Origin: Antedon mediterranea
Lineage: Eukaryota > Animalia > Echinodermata
DNA length: 64,000 nucleotides
Assembly: GCF_964355755.1 (NCBI RefSeq)
Contig: NC_092673.1
Location: 30,191,648 to 30,255,647 of the forward strand
Direction of reading: 5' to 3'
The translations under genes and the position numbers were made by a program. The notes beneath the pieces were generated by a model. It saw nothing but the letters and a program-made list of their open reading frames with translations. It searched no databases and had not been told where the DNA came from. Shown here piece after piece: positions 55,801 to 64,000 of the stretch; positions within the stretch are counted from its first letter, which is position 1, and every line of letters begins with the position of its first letter.

Positions 55801-58800
55801 AATCAGCAGATATAAATGTGTAAAAAGTTAAATGGACAGTTCTCAAACTTATCCTTTTCTTTATTAATTATTCAAGAATTAGCATATTCATGTAATTAAT
55901 TAAAAAAAAAAAAGAAGTTGATTAAAAACTTTTAATTAGAAAGTTTTCAATAGACTAATATGTGAAGTTTAATAAATGTATCATCATAGTTTCTATAGGA
56001 ACAATTGTTTATGATCAGTAACATCATTATTTTAATCATAATGCAAGAAGCTTAAAACTATGTTGAGCTGGCTGTTAATCCTGACGGTTAAAAATCTTTT
56101 TTTTTTAATCTAGTCGATTGGTTTATCATTACAGAATAATTAATGTGTTTGTTGTGTTCTTGTTGTTGTTTGTTGTGTTCTTGTTGTAATTTGCTATTAG
56201 CTTGCTTTATAACTTTCATTTTAACTAATGATAAACACTTTTGTACACTTATGTATTTTTAAATTTCATATATTTTGTGAGTGGAAAATAAATCAAGCAT
56301 AAATTAAAACTTTATAAAGAGTTATTATGGAATAGGAAGTAGATGATCCATGAAAAATAATGACAATAACAATGTTGGGTGTAGGGCGCAGTGTGTTTTA
56401 CTTACAGTACTACTAATCGTGAGGTCATGGGTTCGATTCAAACACTTGTTGCATTGCTGGTATCCTTTGGAAACACACGTTTTCACCCAGGTGTACAAAT
56501 GAATACCTGGTAAGGTCCAAAGGCACAACTTTGTGCTGATTACTAGCTGCATTATTATGGGATTATGTTTCCATACAGGTTCGATCCGAAAATGACTGGG
56601 GTATTAATACAGTGCATTAGGCACTTTATTATTTATTTATATATATGGCCTTACTAGGTTGAAACACCGGTTCTCGTCAGATCACTGAAGTTAAGCAACA
56701 TTGGGCCCGGTTAGAGCTTGGATGGGAGACCATCCAGGAATACTGGGTTCTGTGTATGGAGCTGGGGTCCCAGTAGGCATTTGAAATCAGCACTGCTGAT
56801 TCTTATGGCAGCTTCTATAATAATATTATTATTGATTTGAAAGAAATTTAGTAGTAAAGAAGTAATACAAAATCATCAAGAGATTTTGAAAATTTTAGTA
56901 TAGAAAATTATGATTATATTGCTTGTTTTTTTGTCCATCAGACATAATGTAAGTTTAAATTTAGCCCCAAGAAAAATGACTATTATGCAACATTCATTAG
57001 CTTAATGAAAATGTGGGCAGTAAAACAAGGTATGTAAACTCTGTATTTGTCATTATATTTAAGGTGACAGTATAAATATTAGTGAGATTTGTGATTTTTG
57101 ATTTTGCAATGTCAGTTCCCATGCAAATGAAAATGGCATTAACTTACGCTGAGCCACTTTTTCGTGGATTGTCAATGCTTGGAGCTGTGCTTCTTCTGCT
57201 CGACATCAACTTGAGGCGGTCCTTATCGGTGGGCTTAGTATGGGGCCTAGATGATGACTTACTCTTAGAATCATCTACTAGACTGGATTGAGTTCCAGGT
57301 GGCTTAGGAAACCCTACAGAAAAATAAATATAGATTAATTATTTTTATTATATATTTAGGTACAGGATAGATTAATTCGCTTCTCTTGTAAAGGTGGCGA
57401 TCTGTTCATAAGGAATACACATACACAACATGCTCTACATAAACAAAGTCTGAAACAAGTTTGGGAGTGGAGAATTTTTTTAAAATCTGACAGGATTTGA
57501 AACCACGACCCTGAGATCGGTAACTAAGCAACTGCCAAGCTACAACTCTATACTTCCACATACATAAATTTGGATAGGAAGTTTCCCACGATTTACAATT
57601 TAGTTACGTCTAACACAAACACACTTGCACATACATTTAGAAGACAATTCTAAATACATTTTCACATAGAATTAGACACATTTAACAATGTAAAAGAGCA
57701 GAGCTCTAAATGCAGTATAATAACAAATAATATAAAGAGCAGTTCAAAATAAATGTGGAAAATAACAATAATATATTTTAAGTGGATAGCTTCTCATAAT
57801 CGACAACTTGATTACCTGTCAATCAAACACAAATGTACAAATAGAAATTTGCTTATTTCTACAAGATAAAGCTTTAACTATATTGATTGATAAATTACTG
57901 CTGAATATTGAATTATAATCATTTCTTCATGAATATTAATTGGATGCGGATTATGAATCAAGTAAAGCCGACACACTATTAAAATTTACAGGAAACTGTA
58001 AATTTGAATTTGTATTAAGTTTGTATAATGGAATAAAGAAAAAAAATGGTATCCTCATTTATATTAAGAATCGGTATCTTCATAAACCATACAACAACAT
58101 GGAAGCCCATTGGTAGAATTGGGGAACCCTTAAATGCACAGGTGAATCACTGTGACACCCAACTGCATCATTGATATATGTGCCAACCACCATGTACAAG
58201 AACCAGCACTATCCTTTTAACTACCACAGAGGATGGCGTCGCAGCGAGCTCTGGACGTCGAGAGAAAATGAGACTGATAGAAAAAACGGAGGAATTTGGT
58301 GCTCCCTAAGAGGCCAATATGCAGCAAATTTTGACAAGACAAGATTAAGAAATAACACTTAGTATGGATTTAAATTCAAATATTAATCGATATATAGGGC
58401 TTAGTGACTACTTTATGTAAGGGTATAACCAAGCTTATAGGCTTTCATGAATTGAAATAGATTAAATTAATACATAAATGAAATTTGTTAATGTTAACGC
58501 AGCTAAATGAAAATTTATTTTATGTAACTATGTCGCAATATAGGACAGGGCAAAAGCAACATTAGTTTAGAATCATAACTCATATCTCAAAATCTTCTGA
58601 AATATATTTCAAATAATAGTATTAAATTACTGGGTATTTTTTTGCTAAGTGAAACTATAAATATGTTCTTGGAATGTAGTTTTACACAGAATTAAAATGT
58701 TAACAGTGAACACATACTTTTTTGGTCTTCATCCTGTCCAGAATCCAATCTAGCTTTTATTCGTTGTGATCTAACATAAAAATGAATTAAAAATGTCGTG

Positions 58801-60070
58801 TAGTATTGTCTCAAAATAAATAAAAAAAACATGTTTAATAATAATTAATGGTTTTAAAATTAAAGTCGGTCAATAAGAAAATTAATGGTTCACACAGTAT
58901 TTTTTTTGTGGCAGCCAGGCGTACATTAAAAAGTATACTATTCTACAAATTTAGTGTGAACCATAATTGGCATTGCTCTTTATACTACTATTGTTCAATA
59001 TTGAAATTATACTCTACTGTAGAGGCCCTATTACGGGGACACTTTTGGGGCCAGCAAAGTGACCCCTTAGAATAGGGGTGTCTCCTGCAGTGTCAAAACA
59101 TATTTCCACCCCATTTGTTTCACTGGAAAGTGTTCTCTTAATAGATTTGTCCTCTGAAAGGTTGTCCCAGGGGATTCTATTTTAATGGTATACAACACAT
59201 GAAACAAGTACTTACGAGAGAATGTTCTTGATAAGACCAATAGCAGAGTCTTCAACTTGGGCTTTTCCTGCCTTCGTGACAGGCACCACTTGTTGCTGGG
59301 CCTCGGCCTGGAAGCCTACCTTACCCCCATTTACTGCAATGTTGCCCTGTAGCGTGGCCGATGGTGGTGGTTGCTGGTGCTTAGAACAGTCTAAGTATTG
59401 GTTACGATCATCAAATGATTTGAAAATGTCCTGCAGACTATCTAACAACTCCCAGGATGTTATTTGCTGATTAGAAAACAAATAAAATTATTAATATTAT
59501 AATAAATAATAATTATTATTAAGTTATACAAAATACACAGGAATTTATAATGTGGAAAAAGTATAAAATTATTGTAAATTGTTTAGTAGAAGTTTGTTAC
59601 TTGGTACCTGGATAGGGCTTATAAAGTACACAGTCTGTTAAAATCATTACTGTACATGTTTAACATGTAAACTTTGTTTACGCTCTATTGGTGTCATAGT
59701 CAATGTGCCACATTATTGTACAATCACATGTTAGAAAAGAAAAATTAAAGTGCTAAAAACCCTATGTTTGTTGGTTACTAGGTAATAAACACTGATACCT
59801 ATGTTTGATTGTGTTAGTTGCTAGGTAAAAAACATTGATCTCTATGTTTGTTAGTTGCTATATAACAAACATTGATACCTATGTTTGCTAGTTGCTAGGT
59901 AACAAACACTGATACATATGTTCATTAGTTTCTAGGTAACAAACATTAATCTGTACATTTATTAGTTGCTAAGTAATAGACACTAATGTTAATCCCGTAC
60001 TTACATCTTGTGCTGTAGAGTTAGATGTAGAAATAGTAGGAACGGTAGAAGTCAAGGTAGAAAAAGAAGT
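28739..60070 (-). CDS. CCDC180: CCDC180-like coiled-coil protein, 3' part (12 exons; 5' end not located, probably beyond the right edge)
   Basis: Hand-spliced exons 60005-60070, 59216-59466, 58718-58770, 57148-57313, 45790-45867, 41955-42021, 40339-40483, 35982-36142, 35036-35173, 31980-32091, 31552-31787, 28739-28867. All have ag/gt boundaries and matching phases (1602 nt = 533 aa + stop). Peptides YYRQKGLRPPTRPQ..TFELCADMI..YHNHCLQE, LRPTLGHPH, LIRRKR..PLIQRGSKVWSG, SITTAKTTLGH and RRWNESWEQSVKKVKDLY* match the CCDC180 (DUF4456) C-terminus as I recall it. Confidence 0.9.
31552..31787 (-). CDS. CCDC180: CCDC180-like exon
   Basis: tttgtag|..VEKKKLKTSALIRRKRADMALEDDEYEPLIQRGSKVWSGL..SITTAKTTLGHRNLITTRDVAFK|gtagat; lies within ORF 31435..31797. 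Confidence 0.9.
31980..32091 (-). CDS. CCDC180: CCDC180-like exon
   Basis: caattag|TCAFDLGSDFISKLATVSEQVLLLFDKLLTVDDILTG|gtaagt; phase 0 to 1. Confidence 0.88.
33824..34705 (+). CDS. intronless class A (rhodopsin-like) G protein-coupled receptor, 293 aa
   Basis: Seven hydrophobic segments. TM1 EN, TM2 SLTLTD, TM3 AVAVDRG (DRY variant), TM6 FFICFSP (CWxP variant), TM7 NALLNPMIY (NPxxY), helix 8 KDFR, N-terminal N-glycosylation sequon NSS. Confidence 0.92.
   Translation: MTDNSSTDGSVHSGNYQFFTAPISAFIAIENIIVVVIIGCTRRLWKKQNIFIVSLTLTDVLANLFLFLHFTVEHNSLNVLHSKVSILTLYCALCNTSILTLAAVAVDRGIAIVWAPFNYDVIVTIKRCIIVCILNGLIPAIIFILVDETYITIVFPIIYFVSLSLITFVYCKIYWSLNRQNRLVLQQNKNELERSKKLLKTFLILIFVFFICFSPPAVYLALYTCGLTEYNGDFANVGIIIGNTNALLNPMIYWWRLKDFRSVVSQCITRCRGTLENTVHSSNSISPVMSSET
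35036..35173 (-). CDS. CCDC180: CCDC180-like exon
   Basis: tttttag|IDHKTLLRPTLGHPHQASKLAELCESESTRHNEYIDGVEKQTNTLK|gtacca; phase 0 to 0. Confidence 0.88.
35495..35935 (-). mobile_element. 3' fragment of an L2/CR1-type LINE
   Basis: The minus frame reads FPRLWEQIPNDIKDSQTISIFKAALTKHY, typical of a LINE ORF2 end (WNxLP...FK..L). It is followed by a 3' UTR shared with 20381-20545. Confidence 0.7.
35982..36142 (-). CDS. CCDC180: CCDC180-like exon
   Basis: ctattcag|(E)FRGQLERAEKSTSNVPALIISEVFKEHRGLFAGKRADLDNTFSKSLQRWEKQR|gttagt; phase 1 to 0. Confidence 0.87.
37528..40001. repeat. 25-bp minisatellite, about 100 copies, in a CCDC180 intron
   Basis: Unit tgtataattcatgtaggatatcc(a/t)t, with variants ttggtgatcc, tacagtagga and tatcaatt. 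Confidence 0.97.
40339..40483 (-). CDS. CCDC180: CCDC180-like exon (start of DUF4456-like region)
   Basis: atttcag|MYYRQKGLRPPTRPQAIHETFELCADMIVSKLQSYYTQADNYHNHCLQ|gtaaga; phase 0 to 1. Confidence 0.9.
41332..41478. mobile_element. short MITE, Harbinger-like
   Basis: ggccaattcagacagcg .. cgttgtccgagttggcc imperfect TIRs, TTA on both flanks. Confidence 0.6.
41955..42021 (-). CDS. CCDC180: CCDC180-like exon
   Basis: aaattag|(V)HFLATILRILQESLDGLLTTAD|gtaagt; phase 2 to 0. Confidence 0.85.
42810..44035 (-). mobile_element. degenerate Tx1/L1-type LINE 3' end (zf-RVT region) with poly-A tail and internal duplications
   Basis: ORFs 43659..43949 (RFLQFRFIHIILFTNKLLHRIG..DKCSICG) and 43481..43681 (ILLLAKRYIYKCK..ETVE) resemble the L1/Tx1 ORF2 C-terminus. 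A T-run of about 20 nt lies at 42810-42829. The block gaaaagaagaaagaaaatcaaagacgt recurs at about 43156 and 43993. Confidence 0.7.
44717..44895. mobile_element. MITE, near-identical copy of 4693-4871
   Basis: Same TIRs and interior. Inserted at a TAA site whose empty paralog lies at about 45118. Confidence 0.88.
45790..45867 (-). CDS. CCDC180: CCDC180-like exon
   Basis: ttttttag|HQRNKNHTLKFDPKYYVFGEKPELE|gtaagt; phase 2 to 2; resembles the KYRVLGDKP segment recalled from vertebrate CCDC180. Confidence 0.82.
46550..46838 (+). mobile_element. diverged tRNA-derived SINE related to 53535-53917
   Basis: gagtgagtggccaagcggttaaaacag..ggttctggtggtagcatgagtc..gagtacggggtta; ends in gtgctatacag..attat. 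Confidence 0.6.
47547..47706. mobile_element. MITE, same family as 8381-8538 (opposite orientation)
   Basis: agctctgtctacattatcaaac..gtttgatagtagacagagct. Confidence 0.8.
47997..49601 (+). mobile_element. Helentron-type non-autonomous element, about 1.6 kb
   Basis: The 5' end has hairpin actcgtca-ctt-tgacgagt plus agttatccgc. The 3' end has the palindrome agttatccgcttgg-tata-ccaagcggataact. The interior is CpG-rich with repeated atgatgacgtcac blocks. Confidence 0.7.
50070..50385. repeat. degenerate T-rich tandem repeat of about 20 bp
   Basis: Repeated ttttttatctgtacaacg. Confidence 0.8.
51043..51816. mobile_element. non-autonomous PIF/Harbinger-like DNA transposon, about 774 bp
   Basis: TIRs agcctgttttcctgtcgacg / cgtcgacaggaaaacaggct with TAA on both flanks. 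CpG-rich interior, no transposase ORF. Confidence 0.85.
51942..52157. repeat. 44-bp GC-rich tandem repeat, about 5 copies
   Basis: gaaggtggcaacctccaaaaggcaagcctgagtgggaggagtca; the second copy has a 4-bp deletion. Confidence 0.92.
53535..53917 (-). mobile_element. tRNA-derived SINE with Deu/Nin-like central domain and (AAAT)n tail
   Basis: Minus-strand head gtggccgagcggttaagacagtgg..gggttcgagg (A/B boxes), body aaccgtaggtcc..aaagaacc..gagtaggggttaccccgg, tail at 53535-53580. Related copies at 46550-46838 (+) and about 30870-31010 (-). Confidence 0.75.
56376..56640 (+). mobile_element. tRNA-derived SINE
   Basis: gtagggcgcagtg..gaggtcatgggttcgattc (B-box), core cacccaggtgtacaaatgaatacc, tail gcactttattatttatttat. 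Confidence 0.6.
56645..56755 (+). pseudogene. 5S rRNA-derived sequence (5S pseudogene or SINE3 head)
   Basis: ggccttactaggttgaaacaccggttctcgtcagatcactgaagttaagcaacattgggcccggttagagcttggatgggagacc..ggaatactgggttctgt aligns along nearly all of metazoan 5S rRNA, with multiple substitutions. Confidence 0.85.
57148..57313 (-). CDS. CCDC180: CCDC180-like exon (Ser/Lys/Pro-rich linker)
   Basis: tctgtag|(R)FPKPPGTQSSLVDDSKSKSSSRPHTKPTDKDRLKLMSSRRSTAPSIDNPRKSGS|gtaagt; phase 1 to 2, compatible with both neighbours. Confidence 0.75.
58718..58770 (-). CDS. CCDC180: CCDC180-like small exon
   Basis: atgttag|SQRIKARLDSGQDEDQK|gtatgt; phase 2 to 1, which bridges the flanking exons. Confidence 0.72.
59216..59466 (-). 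CDS. CCDC180: CCDC180-like exon
   Basis: ctaatcag|QITSWELLDSLQDIFKSFDDRNQYLDC...VEDSAIGLIKNIL|gtaagt; within ORF 59212..59481; phase 0 to 2. Confidence 0.78.
59760..59985. repeat. degenerate tandem repeat of about 36 bp
   Basis: Repeated cctatgtttgttagttgctaggtaacaaacattgata, just downstream of the 60005 exon donor. Confidence 0.75.
60005..60070 (-). CDS. CCDC180: probable CCDC180-like exon (Ser/Thr-rich, symmetric phase 0)
   Basis: tttgacag|TSFSTLTSTVPTISTSNSTAQD|gtaagt; 66 nt, open frame. Confidence 0.6.
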
Positions 60071-60579
60071 CTGTCAAAGAAAACCACAGCAATCACAATG
60101 AGGTGGATAAACATCAACGAGATAGATGATTTTTGTGAGCAAAACGATTAGAAACTACCACCATTTTAGTGGGGAGACTGGGGGAAAATTTGTTTAATAT
60201 TCAATATATTTAATGATTTTTTTTGCTTTTATTTTAAAGCAAGATTTTAAAGATTTTATGACAATATATTGTACTTTATATTTTAGATGAATTGTCAAAT
60301 AAAATGTTTAATATCCATAATTGTGTTTTTAGTCATTGGCTACAAGTGTTACAAATGGTATGGTGTTCATATTAAAATTGATAAAAACAAAAATTTGTCA
60401 CTAGTGATTTAGTTTTCATATCTCAAAGGAAAATGTTCAATCTCACAAAAATGGTCTATACTCAGATGAATCACAATATTAATACAAACCGACTATTAAT
60501 AGAGAAGTGCATGCAAAAAAAAAAATAGCTACTATGTTAATAATCAATTGTCCCCTCTTCTGTAATGAAAACATAAATA

Positions 60580-61192
60580 ACTAGAGGGTACTCCGAGAGT
60601 ACAAACCTCCGCCTACTGTAAAATTCCCCTACATAAAATGCCCCCTGAATATTTTTTTTTTTACATTTTTTTTTATTAGTTCTAAGTGTAAATATGTTAA
60701 CTGCACACTACAAAGTTGTGGATGACAGTGTGGTGTAATGGTTATGTATCCAGCCTCTCACAGTTGAGATCGCTGGTTCAAGTCCCACTGAGGGGGTTTT
60801 TTTTTTTAATTATTTTTTTATTTCTTTTTGTTTTGTTTTTTGTGGACCTTGATCTTTGACCCTGACCCTTCAAAATTTAACCACAATTATATGATGTGTC
60901 ATTGATCATTGTGGCTAAGTTTGGTGAGAATCAGATCAAAACTGTGGTCTCTAGGCAGTAAAATAGTTTTTTGTTAGTTGTGACCTTGACCTATGACCTT
61001 TCCGCCTCAAATTCGAACTCGTCCGAGCTTTTTGGGCATAGATCATTGTGTCCAAATTTGGTTAGAATCGGATAAAAACTGTGGCCTCCAGGCTGTTCAC
61101 AGACACACACACAGACACACACACAAACACACACACACAAACACACACACAAACATACAGGGGTGAAAACATAACCTCCTTGGCGGAGGTAA
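60580..61192 (+). mobile_element. Helentron-associated element (HINE/pearl-like) with (CA)n microsatellite
   Basis: Subterminal IR acctccgcc (about 60605) / ggcggaggt (61182-61190), 3' hairpin acctcc-ttggc-ggaggt, gaccttgacc core repeats, and a (CA)n tract at 61098-61155. Confidence 0.75.
60722..60796 (+). pseudogene. tRNA-like sequence (tRNA-Asp/Glu-derived) inside the HINE
   Basis: A-box tggtgtaatgg and B-box ggttcaagtcc. The segment gtatccagcctctcacagttgagatcg resembles tRNA-Asp. An oligo-T run follows. The acceptor stem pairs poorly. Confidence 0.5.
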
Positions 61193-63332
61193 TTAATACA
61201 CATAACACTCAAGCCTGGTAAATAAGATGAGAAAGCGAAATCCTTAATCTTAACAATTTATTACACTCATCATCACGTAAATGTAAATATATATATTTAC
61301 ATTATGTGAAGAAAATAATGTGTGTTGATATTATAAATTAAATATCACATTAATTTGATTTGTGTTGAAAATAGAGAATAGTGTCGTCTGAAACTTTAAT
61401 TTGAATACATTATAATGTGGTTGAATGACCGGTTGGTTATGGTCATGTCCATCGAATTTGACCATTATAGTATATTACAGAGCTTTTGATTTGCGACGAT
61501 CAAAGACCTAGGCCCTATGAATTGATGGTCGGTCACCATAGGGAAAGAAATTGAGCGAGGGTTAGGGTACATCCCAATTCCACTGCATCTTCATAAAACA
61601 TTTATTTGTTCAACAATGGCATATTTTTTAACAGTGCAATATATATGTGTGTACATTATTTAAATGAATTGACGTCCTAACTTGTTCCTACAGTACAGTA
61701 CTACAGTGATAAATCATTGTAGAGAAATTAGGTACATTTGGAAATGGTACTCATGGTAATTCATACATTTAAATAAAATAAAAAATCGCATAAATCCGCG
61801 ACTGATCTTGTCTTGTTCATGATATCAATGAAGATGCCAAGAAGTACTATCAACTGGACTGAGAATTTTCCAAAAAAATAAAAGTTTCATTACATTTTAA
61901 TTAGTGTTCTATCTACCCACTGTAATCATAGACAAACATGCTAAACATAGATTATAAGAATAACAATGGGTATACAGTAATAGAGGTCATCATAGTGACC
62001 TGCTTTTCATTTCTATAGCAATGGCAATAATGTACAATTTTTAAATGTAAACACAATTCCTGGTTAAAACATGGTGCAGATCCAGGGTAGAGTTAAAGAG
62101 GGCTACCTCATGCACTTTTTTTGCCAATCCTAGATAACTAGCAGGCAAATTACCTTCATCTAATAGGCTAGGCCTAAATCTTAGTTCATGCCTGCACTTC
62201 CCTTTTTTGCGGAAAAAGAACCCCCTGTAAAAATCCTGAGTACGAGCTTGAGTCATAGATATCAAAAAGTAGTTCATAATTTTCATTTTAGCCTCTAGTA
62301 CTACTGTACCCTCCTCTCACCCATGTGATTTTGGTATGCTTTGCATAAAGACGGGTCCAAATAACAATTGGGTTACTTTCTATAAAGGTAAATCATAGTA
62401 ACCTACTTTTTAATTAATAATTGAATAATGAAAGGCAACCCTGCAAGAGAATCCTGGTTTGAGACAGACAGCCATGATTTGGTTTCATGTCTATAACGAC
62501 AAACTTTGCCTGAATCATCCGTTACATTGCGTTTTTTTTAAAACAGAAGTAGTGCATAGTAAAAATCAAATTACTACTTTGCTCATTGAATCACTTTCTT
62601 TTTTCACATTTACTAGCAAAAAACACATGATTAGAGAAAACATGATTTCATGGTGCATATGTGATGGTTTGAAACATTGTTAAAATGTATTTGTGCATTT
62701 AAGATGATTTTTCAGAGTTTTCAAAGGTTACTTTTCAATTTAGACAAATGAAACTGGGAAAGTCAAAAATAGAGTATCGATTTGGAATAAAACGAACCGT
62801 ACAAAAAAGTACTAAAACAATAAAATATGATTTCTGAAATATAGTTATTATGTTAAATGGTAATGATTTTTTTTTCAGTTAATATTTTATAAGTGATGTC
62901 ATATTGATTAGGGAATTAGAGATAGTATTTGTGTCCATAAAATTGAATATTCTCTCTTATCAATTAATTGATACAAATTAAATTATGTATTAGTAATTTC
63001 ATAGTTTTTCTGTCATTAATACAATTACGTGGGACATGGTGCCAAACACTCCATCAAGGAGGACAGTAAATTGAATAAATTTTGTATATATGTCATCCCA
63101 TTAGTGACAAAGGAGTTTTTGTAACTTTTATCAATCGAGAAACAAATTTATTATCAATATTAATCTAAAATACATTTCTAAAAATATATTCAATAAGCAT
63201 GTTTACAATTTTGTATTTTATTAAACATAAAAATCATGTCGTTGATAGAGATGATTTAATAGGAAAGAAAATAGATGAAAATGATAATAAAGAAGATGAC
63301 AATGTTGTATTGTGGTAATAAAAATAATTGAA

Positions 63333-63545
63333 GATGATAATAATATTGATTGATGAAGCAGATGATTCTTGATATAAGGATGTTTGCAAAGTGGTGATAA
63401 CTAGTACCATGATAGAAAGAGGTACAAGATATGATGATAATGATATTGATTGATGAAGCAGATGATTCTTGATATAAGGATGTTTGCAAAGTGGTGATAA
63501 CTAGTACCATGATAGAAAAAGGTACAAGATATGATGATAATGATA
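63333..63545. repeat. 100-bp tandem duplication
   Basis: gatgataa..attgattgatgaagcagatgattcttgatataaggatgtttgc.. starts at 63333 and again at 63433. Confidence 0.9.
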
Positions 63546-64000
63546 ATATAATTTAAATTTTAATCTGATTGTCTGATGATGATAACAAGCATGATAAATG
63601 ATGAAATAGATAATGAGAAGTATAATGGATGATGAGGTCAATAACAATCATTATAGATGGTACTATATAACACCTAAATAAATTCCTGTCATTTGATTGG
63701 ACAATGGTGGTTCACATGGTGTGCAATAGTAGGTACTATTTAACGATCATGTAATAGTTTTTTTTTTCCTTTTTTTGTGTATGAAAAAATATCTGCTTGA
63801 AATCTAATAGCAGCATTGTCTGTTCTAGATCTCACAGAAATTTCATTTTTCATCTTATCAAATTATTTGTACCATTGCATTTATAAACATTCATTATTTG
63901 TATACTGAATGGTGACATTTTCAGATGATGAAATATAGATACTGTACTACTGTATAATAATACAAATTAGTGGTGCAGAGGATAAACTATTATGATTGAT

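Noticed and set aside
56645-56755. Functional 5S rRNA gene
   Set aside because: Solitary, with many substitutions, degenerate ends and no oligo-T terminator.
60071-64000. Further upstream CCDC180 exons
   Set aside because: I could not find a segment with a convincing acceptor, open frame and phase-0 donor, so none is called.

Overview
This is AT-rich eukaryotic (animal) genomic DNA, not prokaryotic. The gene content and repeats suggest an invertebrate deuterostome such as an echinoderm, which is inference only. Three protein-coding loci can be reconstructed by hand. (1) The 3' part of a CCDC180-like gene on the minus strand: 12 GT-AG exons from 60070 to the stop at 28739, all phase-compatible, about 533 aa. 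(2) An intronless class A GPCR (33824-34705, +) nested antisense in one CCDC180 intron. (3) The 5' end of a TRPC-like ankyrin-repeat channel gene on the minus strand: exon 16119-16369 and a probable start-codon exon at 20202-20321, with the rest lying beyond the left edge. The remainder is intron or intergenic DNA full of repeats: 5'-truncated LINEs (CR1/L2 group, Tx1/L1), tRNA- and 5S-derived SINEs, TIR MITE families, Helentron-type non-autonomous elements, and tandem arrays (48, 73, 25 and 44 bp units). I found no CRISPR array or prokaryotic system, and no convincing wholly new molecular system. The most unusual signals are Tc1/mariner-like TA-CAG/CTG-TA footprints fixed inside two satellites, a strong excess of TAGGCCTA, a filled/empty MITE site pair, a tRNA-like unit inside a Helentron-type element, and the nested GPCR.
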